Shown in pieces: positions 10,162 to 19,660 of a stretch of 55,435 bases of DNA. Position 1 is the stretch's first letter, and each line of letters starts with the position of its first letter. The stretch is from positions 1 through 55,435 of the IMG/VR virus record IMGVR_UViG_3300019880_000002; one strand, 5' to 3'. A model generated the notes under the pieces. It worked only from the letters and a program-made list of their open reading frames with translations, had not been told where the DNA came from and made no database searches. This stretch comes from a virus. Its lineage: Duplodnaviria > Caudoviricetes. The position numbers and the translations under genes are program-made.

Positions 10162-11706
10162 CTATTTACCTCCCGAGGCATCCCTACCACTATTCGCCGC
10201 TATCGGCTTAGCAGCCGGTGCAGCCTTCTGTCGGGGTGGTCCTGCCCGTGAAGGTTCGGGAGCTCCAGGTGCATTGGGATCTCCTTCAGATGGATCTGGC
10301 TGAGGAGCCAATACACCAACAAGGCGTGACGTTGCTGTATCCATTGGAGGCAGGTCAGTCTCTTCACGTAGCTGCGCTTCCAAAACATCGTCAGGAGTAA
10401 TAAGACCAGCTCCGACGAAGTTACGAATCGCAAAGCTTAGGGTACGAAGATCATTCCATTCGCCAATACGCCGGGCACGCAGCTTGGGGTACTTGCCCCG
10501 CTTGAAGTTGAGATCGACAAGCTGTCTGATGATATGCTTGTTGAAGATGTTCGAGATACCATTAGCGAGGTACCTTGTGGACTTGAAGAACATGTCGGTG
10601 GACGTCTCTTGAGGTGACGCTTCGTCCATGAAGGGTGCAAGGATGTTTGTCTTGATCTGGTCATTGTGGTGGTCGATCGATTCGATACACGAAACTGGTT
10701 GCCCTTCCAATTTCGCAAACAGGATCTCCCAGTTCGCAGGTACCACGATGTGAGCACGATCGTTAGTTCGAAGGTTACGACCGAGTTGATCCGCGAGCTT
10801 CTTGTCGTCGGGCGAGAAGCCAGGCGGAAGCTTAATAACAGGTACCCCGATACCGTGCCGCTCTTTTTGAATAGCGTCGATCTTGTAGAGCGTGTCTTTG
10901 TAGTACCAATGCTTATAAGCCGACCGAAGTACCGAGATGCCACGAAGGTCACCAGCCTCTGGCTCAAGTGAGAAGACTGCAAGCTTGCGGATTGGAATGA
11001 ACTGACCCAGATTCAAATTGGGTCCCCCAACATCAAGTGGTGCGAAGTTGTTGTACTGATTACCGTACGGAACGAATGGCTCCATAATGATACCTGCAGG
11101 CCCTCCTTGGTCGTCGAATACCCACTCCCTGATATCCAAGGGATGACGAGGACCAAGCTTTCGAAGGACAACCTTGCCATCATCGTTGAAGGTGTAGACC
11201 TTCTCGAAGACCATGTAGCCGTACTCGAACATCAGCAACACATCGTCGAGTACTTGCGACCAGTCCACATTCATATCGTCGAACAGGCAGTTCTCGACGA
11301 ACTTGGCAATGTTCGTATCCAGCGCACTATCACTGGCTGGTTGGATAAACCAATGGGCAGCTTGGATAGGTGTCTTCAACAAACGAAGCGAACCACGAAT
11401 TGCCCCATCGTTGCGCTTCATATCGTACCACTTACGAATACCAAGCTTGTCTCGAAGCTCCGGGATCATCTCATCACGAGTCCAGGCAGTCCATGGGCTC
11501 ATCGACGTGTAGCCCAACTCCTGAATGTCCAGGAGATCAGGCTGCGCCAACTTGATAGAGGAACCACGCTCAGCTACGACAATGTGTGTACCTACTCCAG
11601 GAAGTGATCCCAGATCAGCACTCACAATGTCGTACCGTTCCATAAGCTCTTGAATGGTAGTTTCACGGTACTGTGAGAGTGCCGCGCTACCCGGGTCCGC
11701 GCTCAT
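10162..11706 (-). CDS. Portal protein (Mu gp29/DUF935-like)
   Basis: 514 aa; YGYMVFEKVY, GISVLRSAYKHWYYK and ERHGIGVP motifs. Confidence 0.9.
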   Translation of the reverse strand: MSADPGSAALSQYRETTIQELMERYDIVSADLGSLPGVGTHIVVAERGSSIKLAQPDLLDIQELGYTSMSPWTAWTRDEMIPELRDKLGIRKWYDMKRNDGAIRGSLRLLKTPIQAAHWFIQPASDSALDTNIAKFVENCLFDDMNVDWSQVLDDVLLMFEYGYMVFEKVYTFNDDGKVVLRKLGPRHPLDIREWVFDDQGGPAGIIMEPFVPYGNQYNNFAPLDVGGPNLNLGQFIPIRKLAVFSLEPEAGDLRGISVLRSAYKHWYYKDTLYKIDAIQKERHGIGVPVIKLPPGFSPDDKKLADQLGRNLRTNDRAHIVVPANWEILFAKLEGQPVSCIESIDHHNDQIKTNILAPFMDEASPQETSTDMFFKSTRYLANGISNIFNKHIIRQLVDLNFKRGKYPKLRARRIGEWNDLRTLSFAIRNFVGAGLITPDDVLEAQLREETDLPPMDTATSRLVGVLAPQPDPSEGDPNAPGAPEPSRAGPPRQKAAPAAKPIAANSGRDASGGK

Positions 11707-11748
11707 GTTCTGTAACCTCCCACAGGGCCGAGTAATTCTGGTTGCGAA

Positions 11749-13758
11749 TTAAATCTCGTCATCGATGATGACAACTAGGGTTTCCGGATCTTGATATTCG
11801 ATGGTTTTGGGTTCGTAGTAGTAAATTGCATCTGTAGTAACTATTGCCTGGACGGTAGGCTCTGTATACCATACGACGTCTATTTCAACTTGGTACCCGA
11901 TAAAAGGCTGTCCAAGTTTTTGACTGCTTACGATGCCATGTGCTTGAACTTGTAGTGCGAGGAGGCCCAGACTTACAATAGGACTTCCAACTGCCTGTGA
12001 ACTTGTGATGCCTTGCGGAGTAACAGTTACAGATCCAGTAGTGATTACAGCATTGCCGAATCGTTCACTCGAAGTTATTCCCTGGGCAGCTACAATAGCT
12101 GCGGCAGCTATACTTGGTTGGCCAAGGCGCTCCGAGCTTGGAATGCCTTGTGCTGTAACTGTATAGGTTGCCGTTACTTGTGGATTACCAACCCGCTCAG
12201 AGCTTGGAATGCCTTGACTGTTAACTGCAACAATAACAGCGATGCTCGGTTGGCCAACGCCTTCGCCTGTCGAGATAGAAGTCGCTTGGACCGATGTAAC
12301 AGTGCCAGCATTGGCGTTACCTACCAGTTCTGAACTTGTGATACCTTGTGCATTGACTGTTACCGTGGTAGCAATGCTTGGTTGACCAACACGTTCTGAA
12401 CCTGGAATACCCTGAGCCACTACGGATGTAGCTGTAATGACTGCCGGATTACCAACTGTTTCAGATGAAGGTATACCTTGAGCATTTACAGTTACAGTTG
12501 AAGTGACTGCTGGATTACCTACGCGTTCGGAGCTAGTTATACCTTGTGCGTTTACGGCTGTGATAACGGTTACGGAAGGGTTACCTAGTTGTTCGCTACT
12601 CAGGATACCATGTACAGGAACGTTAACTGTTGACGTGATTGTTGGTTGACCAAGACGTTCAGATGTCGTTATGCCTTGTGCGTTTACAGTTACCGTTGTC
12701 GTTATACTTGGTTGCCCGAGTTGTTCACTGCTGGTAATACCGTGCACAGCTACTGTTGTGATAGTAGCTACGTTAGCATTACCAACTGCTTCACTACTCG
12801 GAATACCTTGAGCTGGGACTGTAACTGTAGTCGATATTGTAGACTGTCCGAGCTGTTCACTACTTGGGATGCCTTGAGCATTTACGGTTATCGCAATAGA
12901 AGGCAAACCGAACTTTTCGTCATTCGGAATGCCTTGCGCCGCTACGTTTTGATCGGGTGCAGCTGCCTGGGCATACGATGCGTACCTTGAGTTGTGGGCT
13001 AGAATCAACTCGAACAGCTGAAGCGGCGTCATGTTGATTCTGTATGTGGAACCTATTGCTGGACTACTTCCAGGCTCTTCAAGGACTTCTGCATATGTCC
13101 AAGATAGGTTTGTACTCGTTGCTGGAAGGGTTACGTTAAGTGTATTTCCGGCGCCGTTGACATCATCTGCAGAAGTTCGACGGAAGAACCCGTATGTGAT
13201 AGAAGTACCAATATCAGTACTGCCACCGTCTACAATTGTGCATCCGGTACCTGCTGTTTGTGACCCCATAACGTCCCAGTCACAAACTACAATGAAGCCC
13301 TGACCATTTGTACCTTGTGCTGTATAGTTTTGGGCAATGGTCGCTGCTGATGCCGAACCAGCTTTGCCATGAGCACCAATAGGGCTAGCGATGTTCTGAC
13401 CTGTTATTACTAATACCTTAAGGGCCGCTGCACGAAATCCTGATGCCGCGCCATTAGTAATAGTAACGGTCATTGCTGCACTAGTACCAACTACTGCCCA
13501 CCATGTAGCTGCTTGACCATCTTTGGTTGGTGAGTCTGCTCGGCTCTGCCAATCGAGTAGAGCCCAACTTAAATGAACACCGAGGTTGTCCGTTATAGAA
13601 GGTGCACTAGGCGGCGTTGTGTTTTGTGAGTTACCAGACCATCTAACTAGGAGTAAAGATCCTGCTGGTGGTGTGAAGCTAGCACTAGTGACTGTAGCTA
13701 TAGTGCCGTTGCTCTGCGTGGCAATGATAGGGGTTGAAGCATCGATAGCCAGTGCCAT
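11749..13758 (-). CDS. Fibre-like protein with about 16 copies of a 22-aa repeat
   Basis: Globular beta-rich N-terminus, then tandem VxAQGI(P/T)SSExxG(Q/N)P repeats. Confidence 0.75.
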   Translation of the reverse strand: MALAIDASTPIIATQSNGTIATVTSASFTPPAGSLLLVRWSGNSQNTTPPSAPSITDNLGVHLSWALLDWQSRADSPTKDGQAATWWAVVGTSAAMTVTITNGAASGFRAAALKVLVITGQNIASPIGAHGKAGSASAATIAQNYTAQGTNGQGFIVVCDWDVMGSQTAGTGCTIVDGGSTDIGTSITYGFFRRTSADDVNGAGNTLNVTLPATSTNLSWTYAEVLEEPGSSPAIGSTYRINMTPLQLFELILAHNSRYASYAQAAAPDQNVAAQGIPNDEKFGLPSIAITVNAQGIPSSEQLGQSTISTTVTVPAQGIPSSEAVGNANVATITTVAVHGITSSEQLGQPSITTTVTVNAQGITTSERLGQPTITSTVNVPVHGILSSEQLGNPSVTVITAVNAQGITSSERVGNPAVTSTVTVNAQGIPSSETVGNPAVITATSVVAQGIPGSERVGQPSIATTVTVNAQGITSSELVGNANAGTVTSVQATSISTGEGVGQPSIAVIVAVNSQGIPSSERVGNPQVTATYTVTAQGIPSSERLGQPSIAAAAIVAAQGITSSERFGNAVITTGSVTVTPQGITSSQAVGSPIVSLGLLALQVQAHGIVSSQKLGQPFIGYQVEIDVVWYTEPTVQAIVTTDAIYYYEPKTIEYQDPETLVVIIDDEI

Positions 13759-13784
13759 TGCTCAACCCCCAATCGTCAAACAAA

Positions 13785-14099
13785 CTAAACGTTCAGGCCG
13801 ATCAGGTGCTTAGCGTCGAAGTAGAAGTCGTTGGTTGCTGGCTGTGTAGTAAGTCCCTTTGCGATGTTCGAAAGCGTTTTCATGGCTGCGAATGCCGCAC
13901 GAATCTGGGTAATCTCTGGTGAGGTATAGCCGAGGCCACCACTCACACCTAGAAAAGCGTCAGTACCAAGTGTAGCATCGTCGAGGAAGCCATCCTTAAA
14001 TTGTACACAGGCTAGCAAAGCACCTCGGACATCTACAATCATTGCGCCCATACGATTGTCGAGGTCGGCCTTTGTCACGGTATAACCAGTAGTCATCAA
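13785..14099 (-). CDS. Hypothetical protein (fibre block)
   Basis: 104-aa ORF, co-oriented and tightly packed. Confidence 0.7.
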   Translation of the reverse strand: MMTTGYTVTKADLDNRMGAMIVDVRGALLACVQFKDGFLDDATLGTDAFLGVSGGLGYTSPEITQIRAAFAAMKTLSNIAKGLTTQPATNDFYFDAKHLIGLNV

Positions 14100-14105
14100 G
14101 TCCCC

Positions 14106-14672
14106 TTAGTTGAGTCGCTGACAGGTGATGTTGTACGTAGTTACGGTATTACCAGCAGCCGAAGCGTTCCAGGTCCAAGAAACGCCGATACGATTGTCTA
14201 CTGTCGTGTTAATAGCTACAGTGCGAAGGGCAGCAGTGATCGGGATCGGTGTACCTGCAAAGGCGATTAGTGACGTGCCGAACTCTATATCGCCCTCACC
14301 AATCATCGTTCCTGCTGCGCCTGTCTTAAGAACCTTACCTCGCCACTCCATTCTCCACGGCCACGCTACTGGAGTTGTACCAGTAGTGATCGCTGAAGCA
14401 AGTGCAATGTCAGTTACGACAGTAGGAGTCACACCATCATCGAGGTATGTACCAAGATGCAATCCTGGTGTAGCAATGACACCAGTTGCACAACTGTACT
14501 CGCCCTCAGCTTCGATCTTGATGACATCGCCGGTGAAGAGTGTACCAGCAGGAATACGTGGAATCGGGAGAGGACTAACATCCCTCTTGGTCGTGAACGT
14601 GTTAGCCGCTGTACCGCTTACGGTTGCAAAGGGACCGAAGCACTCAACGATCGAAGCGCCACCTAATTTCAT
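14106..14672 (-). CDS. Hypothetical virion protein (beta-sandwich)
   Basis: 188 aa, Thr/Gly-rich. Confidence 0.7.
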   Translation of the reverse strand: MKLGGASIVECFGPFATVSGTAANTFTTKRDVSPLPIPRIPAGTLFTGDVIKIEAEGEYSCATGVIATPGLHLGTYLDDGVTPTVVTDIALASAITTGTTPVAWPWRMEWRGKVLKTGAAGTMIGEGDIEFGTSLIAFAGTPIPITAALRTVAINTTVDNRIGVSWTWNASAAGNTVTTYNITCQRLN

Positions 14673-14681
14673 GAGTGCTCC

Positions 14682-15554
14682 TTACAGCTTGAAGATCTTG
14701 TTGACGCCGTTATCCCACGTAACAACGATGTTGCCTCCGTTAGGGGTAACCGGAAGTCCTGAGCCGGTGTTCGGAGCAAGGCCACGGGCTCCGGCAGTAA
14801 CGGTGGTGGAGGAAACCGTGAGAGATCGATCTCCTGCATTTGCCAGTGCTGTGAGAGTTGCCGACTGTCCTGTGGAAAATGCAATAACAGTTCCGTTAGG
14901 AATTCCATACTTCAGAGGCTCCACCAGAAGAGTTGTACCAGCCGCCAGGTTTGTGTTCGCCACAACGATCTGCTTGCCTGTGATGATTGCTACCATCTCA
15001 GACGTGGCAGCTACGGTAGTGTCTCGGATAATCCCGATCACTTCTACCTGGTTGCCCGTGATCGCCGTGAACGTCGTGTCGTTAGCATCTGCCACGCCAC
15101 CAACGATCGTATTGCCTGCCAGGTTGACCTTGCCTGCAGCAGCTCCTACGAGAGAGGCATCGAAGTCATCCCAGAAGTCAGCTGAAGTTGAACGTCCGAG
15201 GTTGATGCAGTAGCCACCAGCTCCGACACCGTTACCGACAGCGTTAGCTCCTGTGACGGGGTCAGTCAGGCTAAACACGGAACCCGAGGCAGCTGCAATC
15301 ACCCACAGGCCGTTACCTGATGTTCCTGTGGCAATACCATCGACGTAAACAACATCGCCTGTAGTGAAGCCGTGCGCAACTGCAGTAGTTACGACGATTG
15401 GCGTAGCGTTGGTGCTCGAGGTAATCTGTCGAATACCTGCATCTGAAGTAGTAGGTGTGACATCCATCAGCACAGCAGAGAAGGTTTGGCCGTCCCAGTC
15501 CAGGGAGCCTCCAAGGAACTTCTCTCGGGCCAGTTCGAACAAAGCATTGGTCAT
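14682..15554 (-). CDS. Minor virion/fibre-associated protein with inserted beta-barrel
   Basis: NALFELAREKFL...VTPNGGNIVVTWDNG frame with an internal TNATPIVVTTAVAHGFTTGDVVYV insert. Confidence 0.7.
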   Translation of the reverse strand: MTNALFELAREKFLGGSLDWDGQTFSAVLMDVTPTTSDAGIRQITSSTNATPIVVTTAVAHGFTTGDVVYVDGIATGTSGNGLWVIAAASGSVFSLTDPVTGANAVGNGVGAGGYCINLGRSTSADFWDDFDASLVGAAAGKVNLAGNTIVGGVADANDTTFTAITGNQVEVIGIIRDTTVAATSEMVAIITGKQIVVANTNLAAGTTLLVEPLKYGIPNGTVIAFSTGQSATLTALANAGDRSLTVSSTTVTAGARGLAPNTGSGLPVTPNGGNIVVTWDNGVNKIFKL

Positions 15555-15901
15555 GGTCGTGTTACCTCCGGACTGAGTGAAGCGAATCCTTGAGCGAGCC
15601 TAATTACATTTGTCGGGCCTGTGTATACTTCAATATCCCAGTATCCATCTGTCCAGACCATAGGAGCAGTGATGTCAGCACCGACATTGATCGTGACAAT
15701 ACCACCTGGACCGTTAATGCTAATCCTACCATCTTCTGTCGTGCCTGACATCAAGACAACTGCAGATGGTGGCGTTGCTCTAACCTGGAATCTACCCAGG
15801 TATCCGACAAGACTCTTAACTGTCCTGTCTTTGTTGAACGCCGCGATAGACAACTGGAAGTTAGCGCCCTGAGGTACGGTAATGTCGTGCTTGGTTGTCA
15901 C
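15551..15901 (-). CDS. BppU/LtfC-like beta-sandwich fibre adaptor
   Basis: DITVPQGANF...GYWDIEV...RLAQG...LSPEVTR pattern. Confidence 0.65.
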   Translation of the reverse strand: MTTKHDITVPQGANFQLSIAAFNKDRTVKSLVGYLGRFQVRATPPSAVVLMSGTTEDGRISINGPGGIVTINVGADITAPMVWTDGYWDIEVYTGPTNVIRLAQGFASLSPEVTRP

Positions 15902-15985
15902 TACTCACCTCCTGGAGTTCCTCTAAAACGTTAATTCAAACGCGCTGAATCAACATTAATCGCAAGATCCGTGTAATCACTAAGG

Positions 15986-17485
15986 TCAGAACCGGCCAAG
16001 GAGTTCCGACTGGAAGAACGAGGAGGCGCTACTGTCGAAGACAGAATCGCTAGCTCTTACAAGGTCTTCCAGGTTATAGATTTCGCTCAGCTTTGCTGTT
16101 GCACCGAGCTTGAAGATGTGCATAAAAGCATACCGGATCGCGTCAAGCGCATGGTTGTCGTGCTGCCTTGCGTCTTCACGGACGTTTCGGAGTTGCTTAC
16201 CCATGTCGGGTGCCCGGTAGTTGTTGAACTCTCGAATGGTATTCCTACAGCTATGGTCGACGAACAGCCACGGCTCAAGGATAGGGGTTCCGTATTCATC
16301 GAGAATTCCTACTTCCCTCGTCTGGAGGAAGCCCTTAACGAGCTCTACACCTTCACGCCATCCGGATTGGGAGCTGTGACGACCTTGGTACTCGTTACTA
16401 ACCTTCGCCGTGCCTGACTTGGATCGAGGATCCGCATAGCAAGGCGCAAGCGTGGTGGAAACTTCCAGTACTGATTCTGGGCTCGCTGCGTCCCCAAAGG
16501 CAAGGTCGATCTTCCAACCAGCAGGATTCGGCCTCGCCTTGATCTCGCGAATGTGCTGGGAGAGCATCATACCGGCCTTGTAGTGCTCCCGCCATATGTA
16601 CACTCTCCCCCAAGGGTCGACCTGGAACTCGATACACGCAAGCGGGTTCGTAAAGCCCCAGTCGAACGCCATGTAGTTAGGCCAAGCTGGATTGTACACG
16701 TGCTGTCTAACGTGTATAGTCTCTTGAAACTCTTCATAGATCTTACCGACGAAGGCATTGAACATAGCTGCGATCTCCTGATCGAAGAACGCAGGTAGTA
16801 CCGTCGCCTTAATCAGTGCTACTTCCGGGTCGTCAATGCCTCCGGGGTAGACATATGGATTGTCCCAGCTCGGGAACTGCCACGACGCGTAGTCCTTGAA
16901 CACCGGATCCGGACTACGCCCAAGCGCCCAAAGGTCGTACAACCAATTGAAGCCCTCAGGAGTAGTAGGAAAAGTAGCCCATCCCTTTGCATCCGCAAGC
17001 GCCGGTCGAATAAATCGCTCCCACGTATCCTTGCGGTGCTTGGCAGCTTCCGACATGATAGCCCCGTTGAGCTTCTCGCCAACAAGGTTTTCAGGATGGT
17101 CTGCTGAGCGGCACTCAATCCTTGTCTGCCACGGGAACTCGATCCACATCTCGCCGCCGCGCTTGGAGTACGCCTTCTTAACACGCTTATCCAACCCTAG
17201 CTTCTGACCGATAATCAAGTCGTCCCAGATGACCCGAAACTCTTTTTCGGCCAGGTCGTACGTAGGTCCGACGATCCAGAATCGGGATTTTGGCAAAAAC
17301 AACTCCGCCCCACAGTCTCGGCCCGCCATGTGCGACTTCCCGAATCGCCGCCCGCAACAAGGAACACGGAAGCGACTCGGGGAGTCATGGAAGAGCTTCT
17401 GCTTGGGGTGTGGTACATACCCCACTAGGTCGAAGTACTTCTGCTTGGATAGCATGAGATTACGTACGATCCCGGAATCGTCCAA
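15986..17485 (-). CDS. terL: Terminase large subunit
   Basis: PHPKQ, Walker A CGRRFGKS, MSEAA, PTTPEG, nuclease DWGFTNP and HALDAIRY. Confidence 0.95.
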   Translation of the reverse strand: MDDSGIVRNLMLSKQKYFDLVGYVPHPKQKLFHDSPSRFRVPCCGRRFGKSHMAGRDCGAELFLPKSRFWIVGPTYDLAEKEFRVIWDDLIIGQKLGLDKRVKKAYSKRGGEMWIEFPWQTRIECRSADHPENLVGEKLNGAIMSEAAKHRKDTWERFIRPALADAKGWATFPTTPEGFNWLYDLWALGRSPDPVFKDYASWQFPSWDNPYVYPGGIDDPEVALIKATVLPAFFDQEIAAMFNAFVGKIYEEFQETIHVRQHVYNPAWPNYMAFDWGFTNPLACIEFQVDPWGRVYIWREHYKAGMMLSQHIREIKARPNPAGWKIDLAFGDAASPESVLEVSTTLAPCYADPRSKSGTAKVSNEYQGRHSSQSGWREGVELVKGFLQTREVGILDEYGTPILEPWLFVDHSCRNTIREFNNYRAPDMGKQLRNVREDARQHDNHALDAIRYAFMHIFKLGATAKLSEIYNLEDLVRASDSVFDSSASSFFQSELLGRF

Positions 17486-17738
17486 AGCTCTCTGCAGCTG
17501 GCAGTGGAGGCATTGTCTCCTCGGGCTCGGAGTGCTTACTGGTGATCTCCAGCGTGGATGTAGAGGAGGTCGTACCAGTATTCGGTACTCCCCAGATTAC
17601 GCCGAGAGACAACAGCGCCGTCACAACAATGGCGGACCACTCAGTTGCAGTGATACCACCATCTGCAATAGCAGTTCCCCATGTACCGGCCGCAGCTACC
17701 AGTGCGCCGATAATCGCTTTTGCGTACTTGTCTAACAT
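17460..17738 (-). CDS. Holin-like protein (2 TM)
   Basis: KYAKAIIGALVA...ITATEW...GVIWGVPN pattern of actinophage holins. Confidence 0.65.
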   Translation of the reverse strand: MLDKYAKAIIGALVAAAGTWGTAIADGGITATEWSAIVVTALLSLGVIWGVPNTGTTSSTSTLEITSKHSEPEETMPPLPAAESFGRFRDRT

Positions 17739-17779
17739 TTCTGTACCACCCTCCCCTTATATAATAGAAGGCAAAGCTT

Positions 17780-17926
17780 TCAGATGATAAACGTCAGGGA
17801 CGCCAGTGCAAGTCCAAGGCTAATCAGCTCGACTCGGCCCCAACTGGACGTCCCGAACAAGGTACGCAGGAACGAAAGCGCAAAGCACAGGAACGCAAAG
17901 ATCCAAAGTAACCGATCAACACTCAT
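17780..17926 (-). CDS. Small membrane protein (48 aa, 2 TM; not in the ORF track)
   Basis: GGAGG RBS; MSVDRLLWIFAFLCFALSFLRTLFGTSSWGRVELISLGLALASLTFII. Confidence 0.7.
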   Translation of the reverse strand: MSVDRLLWIFAFLCFALSFLRTLFGTSSWGRVELISLGLALASLTFII

Positions 17927-17944
17927 TGCAAACACCTCCACTCC

Positions 17945-18196
17945 TTATGCAGGAATGTACTTCACCGCGACAAGGTTTTCGTTCACATCCGTACGCCGGT
18001 CTATGTTTGTATAGGTGATATAGTCCTTAGCTCCACCAGGAATGGTATCAAAGCGTCCTATACGAACAGTAATTAACTCGCCGGCTCCAAGTGCCGTAAT
18101 CGTACCAGGTAGTACCTTCTGGTAGGCTGCGTTGCCATTCACGGTCTTCGGCACAAACACCTGCACGTGTCGGTTTATCTTACGCAGCCAGGCCAT
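17945..18196 (-). CDS. Hypothetical protein
   Basis: 83-aa ORF abutting its neighbours. Confidence 0.7.
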   Translation of the reverse strand: MAWLRKINRHVQVFVPKTVNGNAAYQKVLPGTITALGAGELITVRIGRFDTIPGGAKDYITYTNIDRRTDVNENLVAVKYIPA

Positions 18197-18403
18197 CTAG
18201 TACCCCCGACGTGTTGCTATGGCAGCAGTTTGGGTACGCTGCCTCTTCGTAGCCGCAGGAGGATCGATAGTCTTCCTAGCTACCTTCGTCGTCGCCTTTT
18301 TGGCTGCCTTCTGTCGAACTGTCACAGCCGGCGCATCCTCAAAGCGCATTGGCCGCTTCTTCTTGCGCAGGTCTGCCTTGACTCGCTCGTCGCTTTTATC
18401 CAT
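18197..18403 (-). CDS. Small basic protein
   Basis: 68 aa, K/R/A-rich. Confidence 0.6.
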   Translation of the reverse strand: MDKSDERVKADLRKKKRPMRFEDAPAVTVRQKAAKKATTKVARKTIDPPAATKRQRTQTAAIATRRGY

Positions 18404-18408
18404 TGGGC

Positions 18409-18942
18409 TCAGGTCCTCTTGAAGTAGCGGTTAGTCTGCTTCATGCCCGTAGCCTTAATCAACGGCCCAGCCGCCGAACCCGGCTGCCCGAGCACCTGAT
18501 TCGTGTGGAACGAGGTGCCGGCAATTCGGTTGTCCGAGGTCGGCAAGGCTCCAGCTGGCGTTACTGCGCCTGTATCTACAAACGAGGTAGCGCCAAGCGC
18601 GGATAGCCCGATGAACAGCTCGGACCCTCCAACTCGGCCATACACTGCGTACTGTGTTCCAGCCGCTCCCGGCAGTGTAATGGTACAGATATTCGTCGTA
18701 CCACCGCCGACTACCGTGGTCCCAGCTGTGCTTGCCAGCGATTCTGCACCACCCTTCACAGCGCTAATCCGGTACGAGTACGTCGCAGCCGTCAGCGTGC
18801 CTCCAGCGCCCGAGTTACCGACCACGGGGGCGGACGGAGCAGCACCGGTAGCAGCCTGCGTCCCAGTCACCAGTATGTTGGCAGTCTCACCCTTGGCATT
18901 GCGGTACTGTACTGTATCACCGATATTCGCAGTCTGTAGCAT
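18409..18942 (-). CDS. Virion protein with an FN3-like domain paralogous to the tail tube insert
   Basis: GGTLTAATYSYRISA...YAVYGR...SEL...TSFVDTG...PAGALP aligns by eye with the tail tube insert. Confidence 0.75.
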   Translation of the reverse strand: MLQTANIGDTVQYRNAKGETANILVTGTQAATGAAPSAPVVGNSGAGGTLTAATYSYRISAVKGGAESLASTAGTTVVGGGTTNICTITLPGAAGTQYAVYGRVGGSELFIGLSALGATSFVDTGAVTPAGALPTSDNRIAGTSFHTNQVLGQPGSAAGPLIKATGMKQTNRYFKRT

Positions 18943-18998
18943 CTCAACTCCCGTCGCCTTCGGCGGCCCATGTCTTTAGCAATCCCACAGGCCGAACC

Positions 18999-19328
18999 TT
19001 ACCGTCCTTGCATCGGCTCCACATCGTTATCTGCGAGCTGCTTCACAAGCGCCATCAGCAGGTCATCAGCGCCACCTGACGTTGACTTAAAGCCGCCACC
19101 CACTACACCATCGATGATATAGCGCGAGGCCGCAAGCCGAACTTGCTCCGCCAGCGCATGGGCCGAAAGCCAGGCAACAGACTGCGCAGCCATGGGAGCA
19201 GCAGTCATTAGGATCTCACGAGCGAGCTCCTCGTGCGTCAGCTCCGGCCGGACAATCTTCTCGGTCTGAATCGCAGCGAGAGCCTCGTCAGAGCACCACT
19301 CCTGCGAATTACGATCAATGCGGTTCAT
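18999..19328 (-). CDS. Probable terminase small subunit
   Basis: First gene of the late arm; helical 109 aa with an EQVRLAASRYII motif. Confidence 0.6.
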   Translation of the reverse strand: MNRIDRNSQEWCSDEALAAIQTEKIVRPELTHEELAREILMTAAPMAAQSVAWLSAHALAEQVRLAASRYIIDGVVGGGFKSTSGGADDLLMALVKQLADNDVEPMQGR

Positions 19329-19357
19329 CTTTCCCCCATCTCTGGTGCTTCACCTTG

Positions 19358-19406
19358 ATTATAGCATCTCCGTAGTAAAAAGGCCAACAATTCATTATAT
19401 CTCAGT
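19358..19406 (-). promoter_or_regulatory. Putative late promoter for the terS operon
   Basis: TTGGCC-N18-TATAAT with the 25-nt box shared with 10137-10161. Confidence 0.75.
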
Positions 19407-19458
19407 ATTCCGCTATATCCGAGCCTCCTGTCTCTCACAACTTAGCTTAAGAATCATT

Positions 19459-19553
19459 ATAGACTCTAAATAGACTTGTTAGATCTCTACTTAGACTAAA
19501 TGAATCTCCGGTTTAGCTATAGAGGGAGCCTTGTTTGTCTCTTTAGAGTCTAT
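19459..19553. repeat. AT-rich palindromic element, copy 2 of 4
   Basis: ATAGACTCTAAA / TTTAGAGTCTAT 12-bp inverted repeat; shares a 15-mer with copy 1. Confidence 0.75.
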
Positions 19554-19660
19554 TATTCAATGTCATCCATTCCAAATTTAACTTCGCTGCGTCTTAGTTC
19601 CACGGACCGGTAAAGATCTTGAAAATTATGGTATAATATAGTTATAAGTACAGAAACAGC

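Noticed and set aside
6269-11706. Transposable Mu-like phage
   Set aside because: Only the head and neck genes are Mu-type; there is no transposase and the phage has its own polymerase and primase
14125-15213. 362-aa plus-strand ORF and the other long antisense ORFs in both arms
   Set aside because: Shadow frames of well-supported genes on the opposite strand
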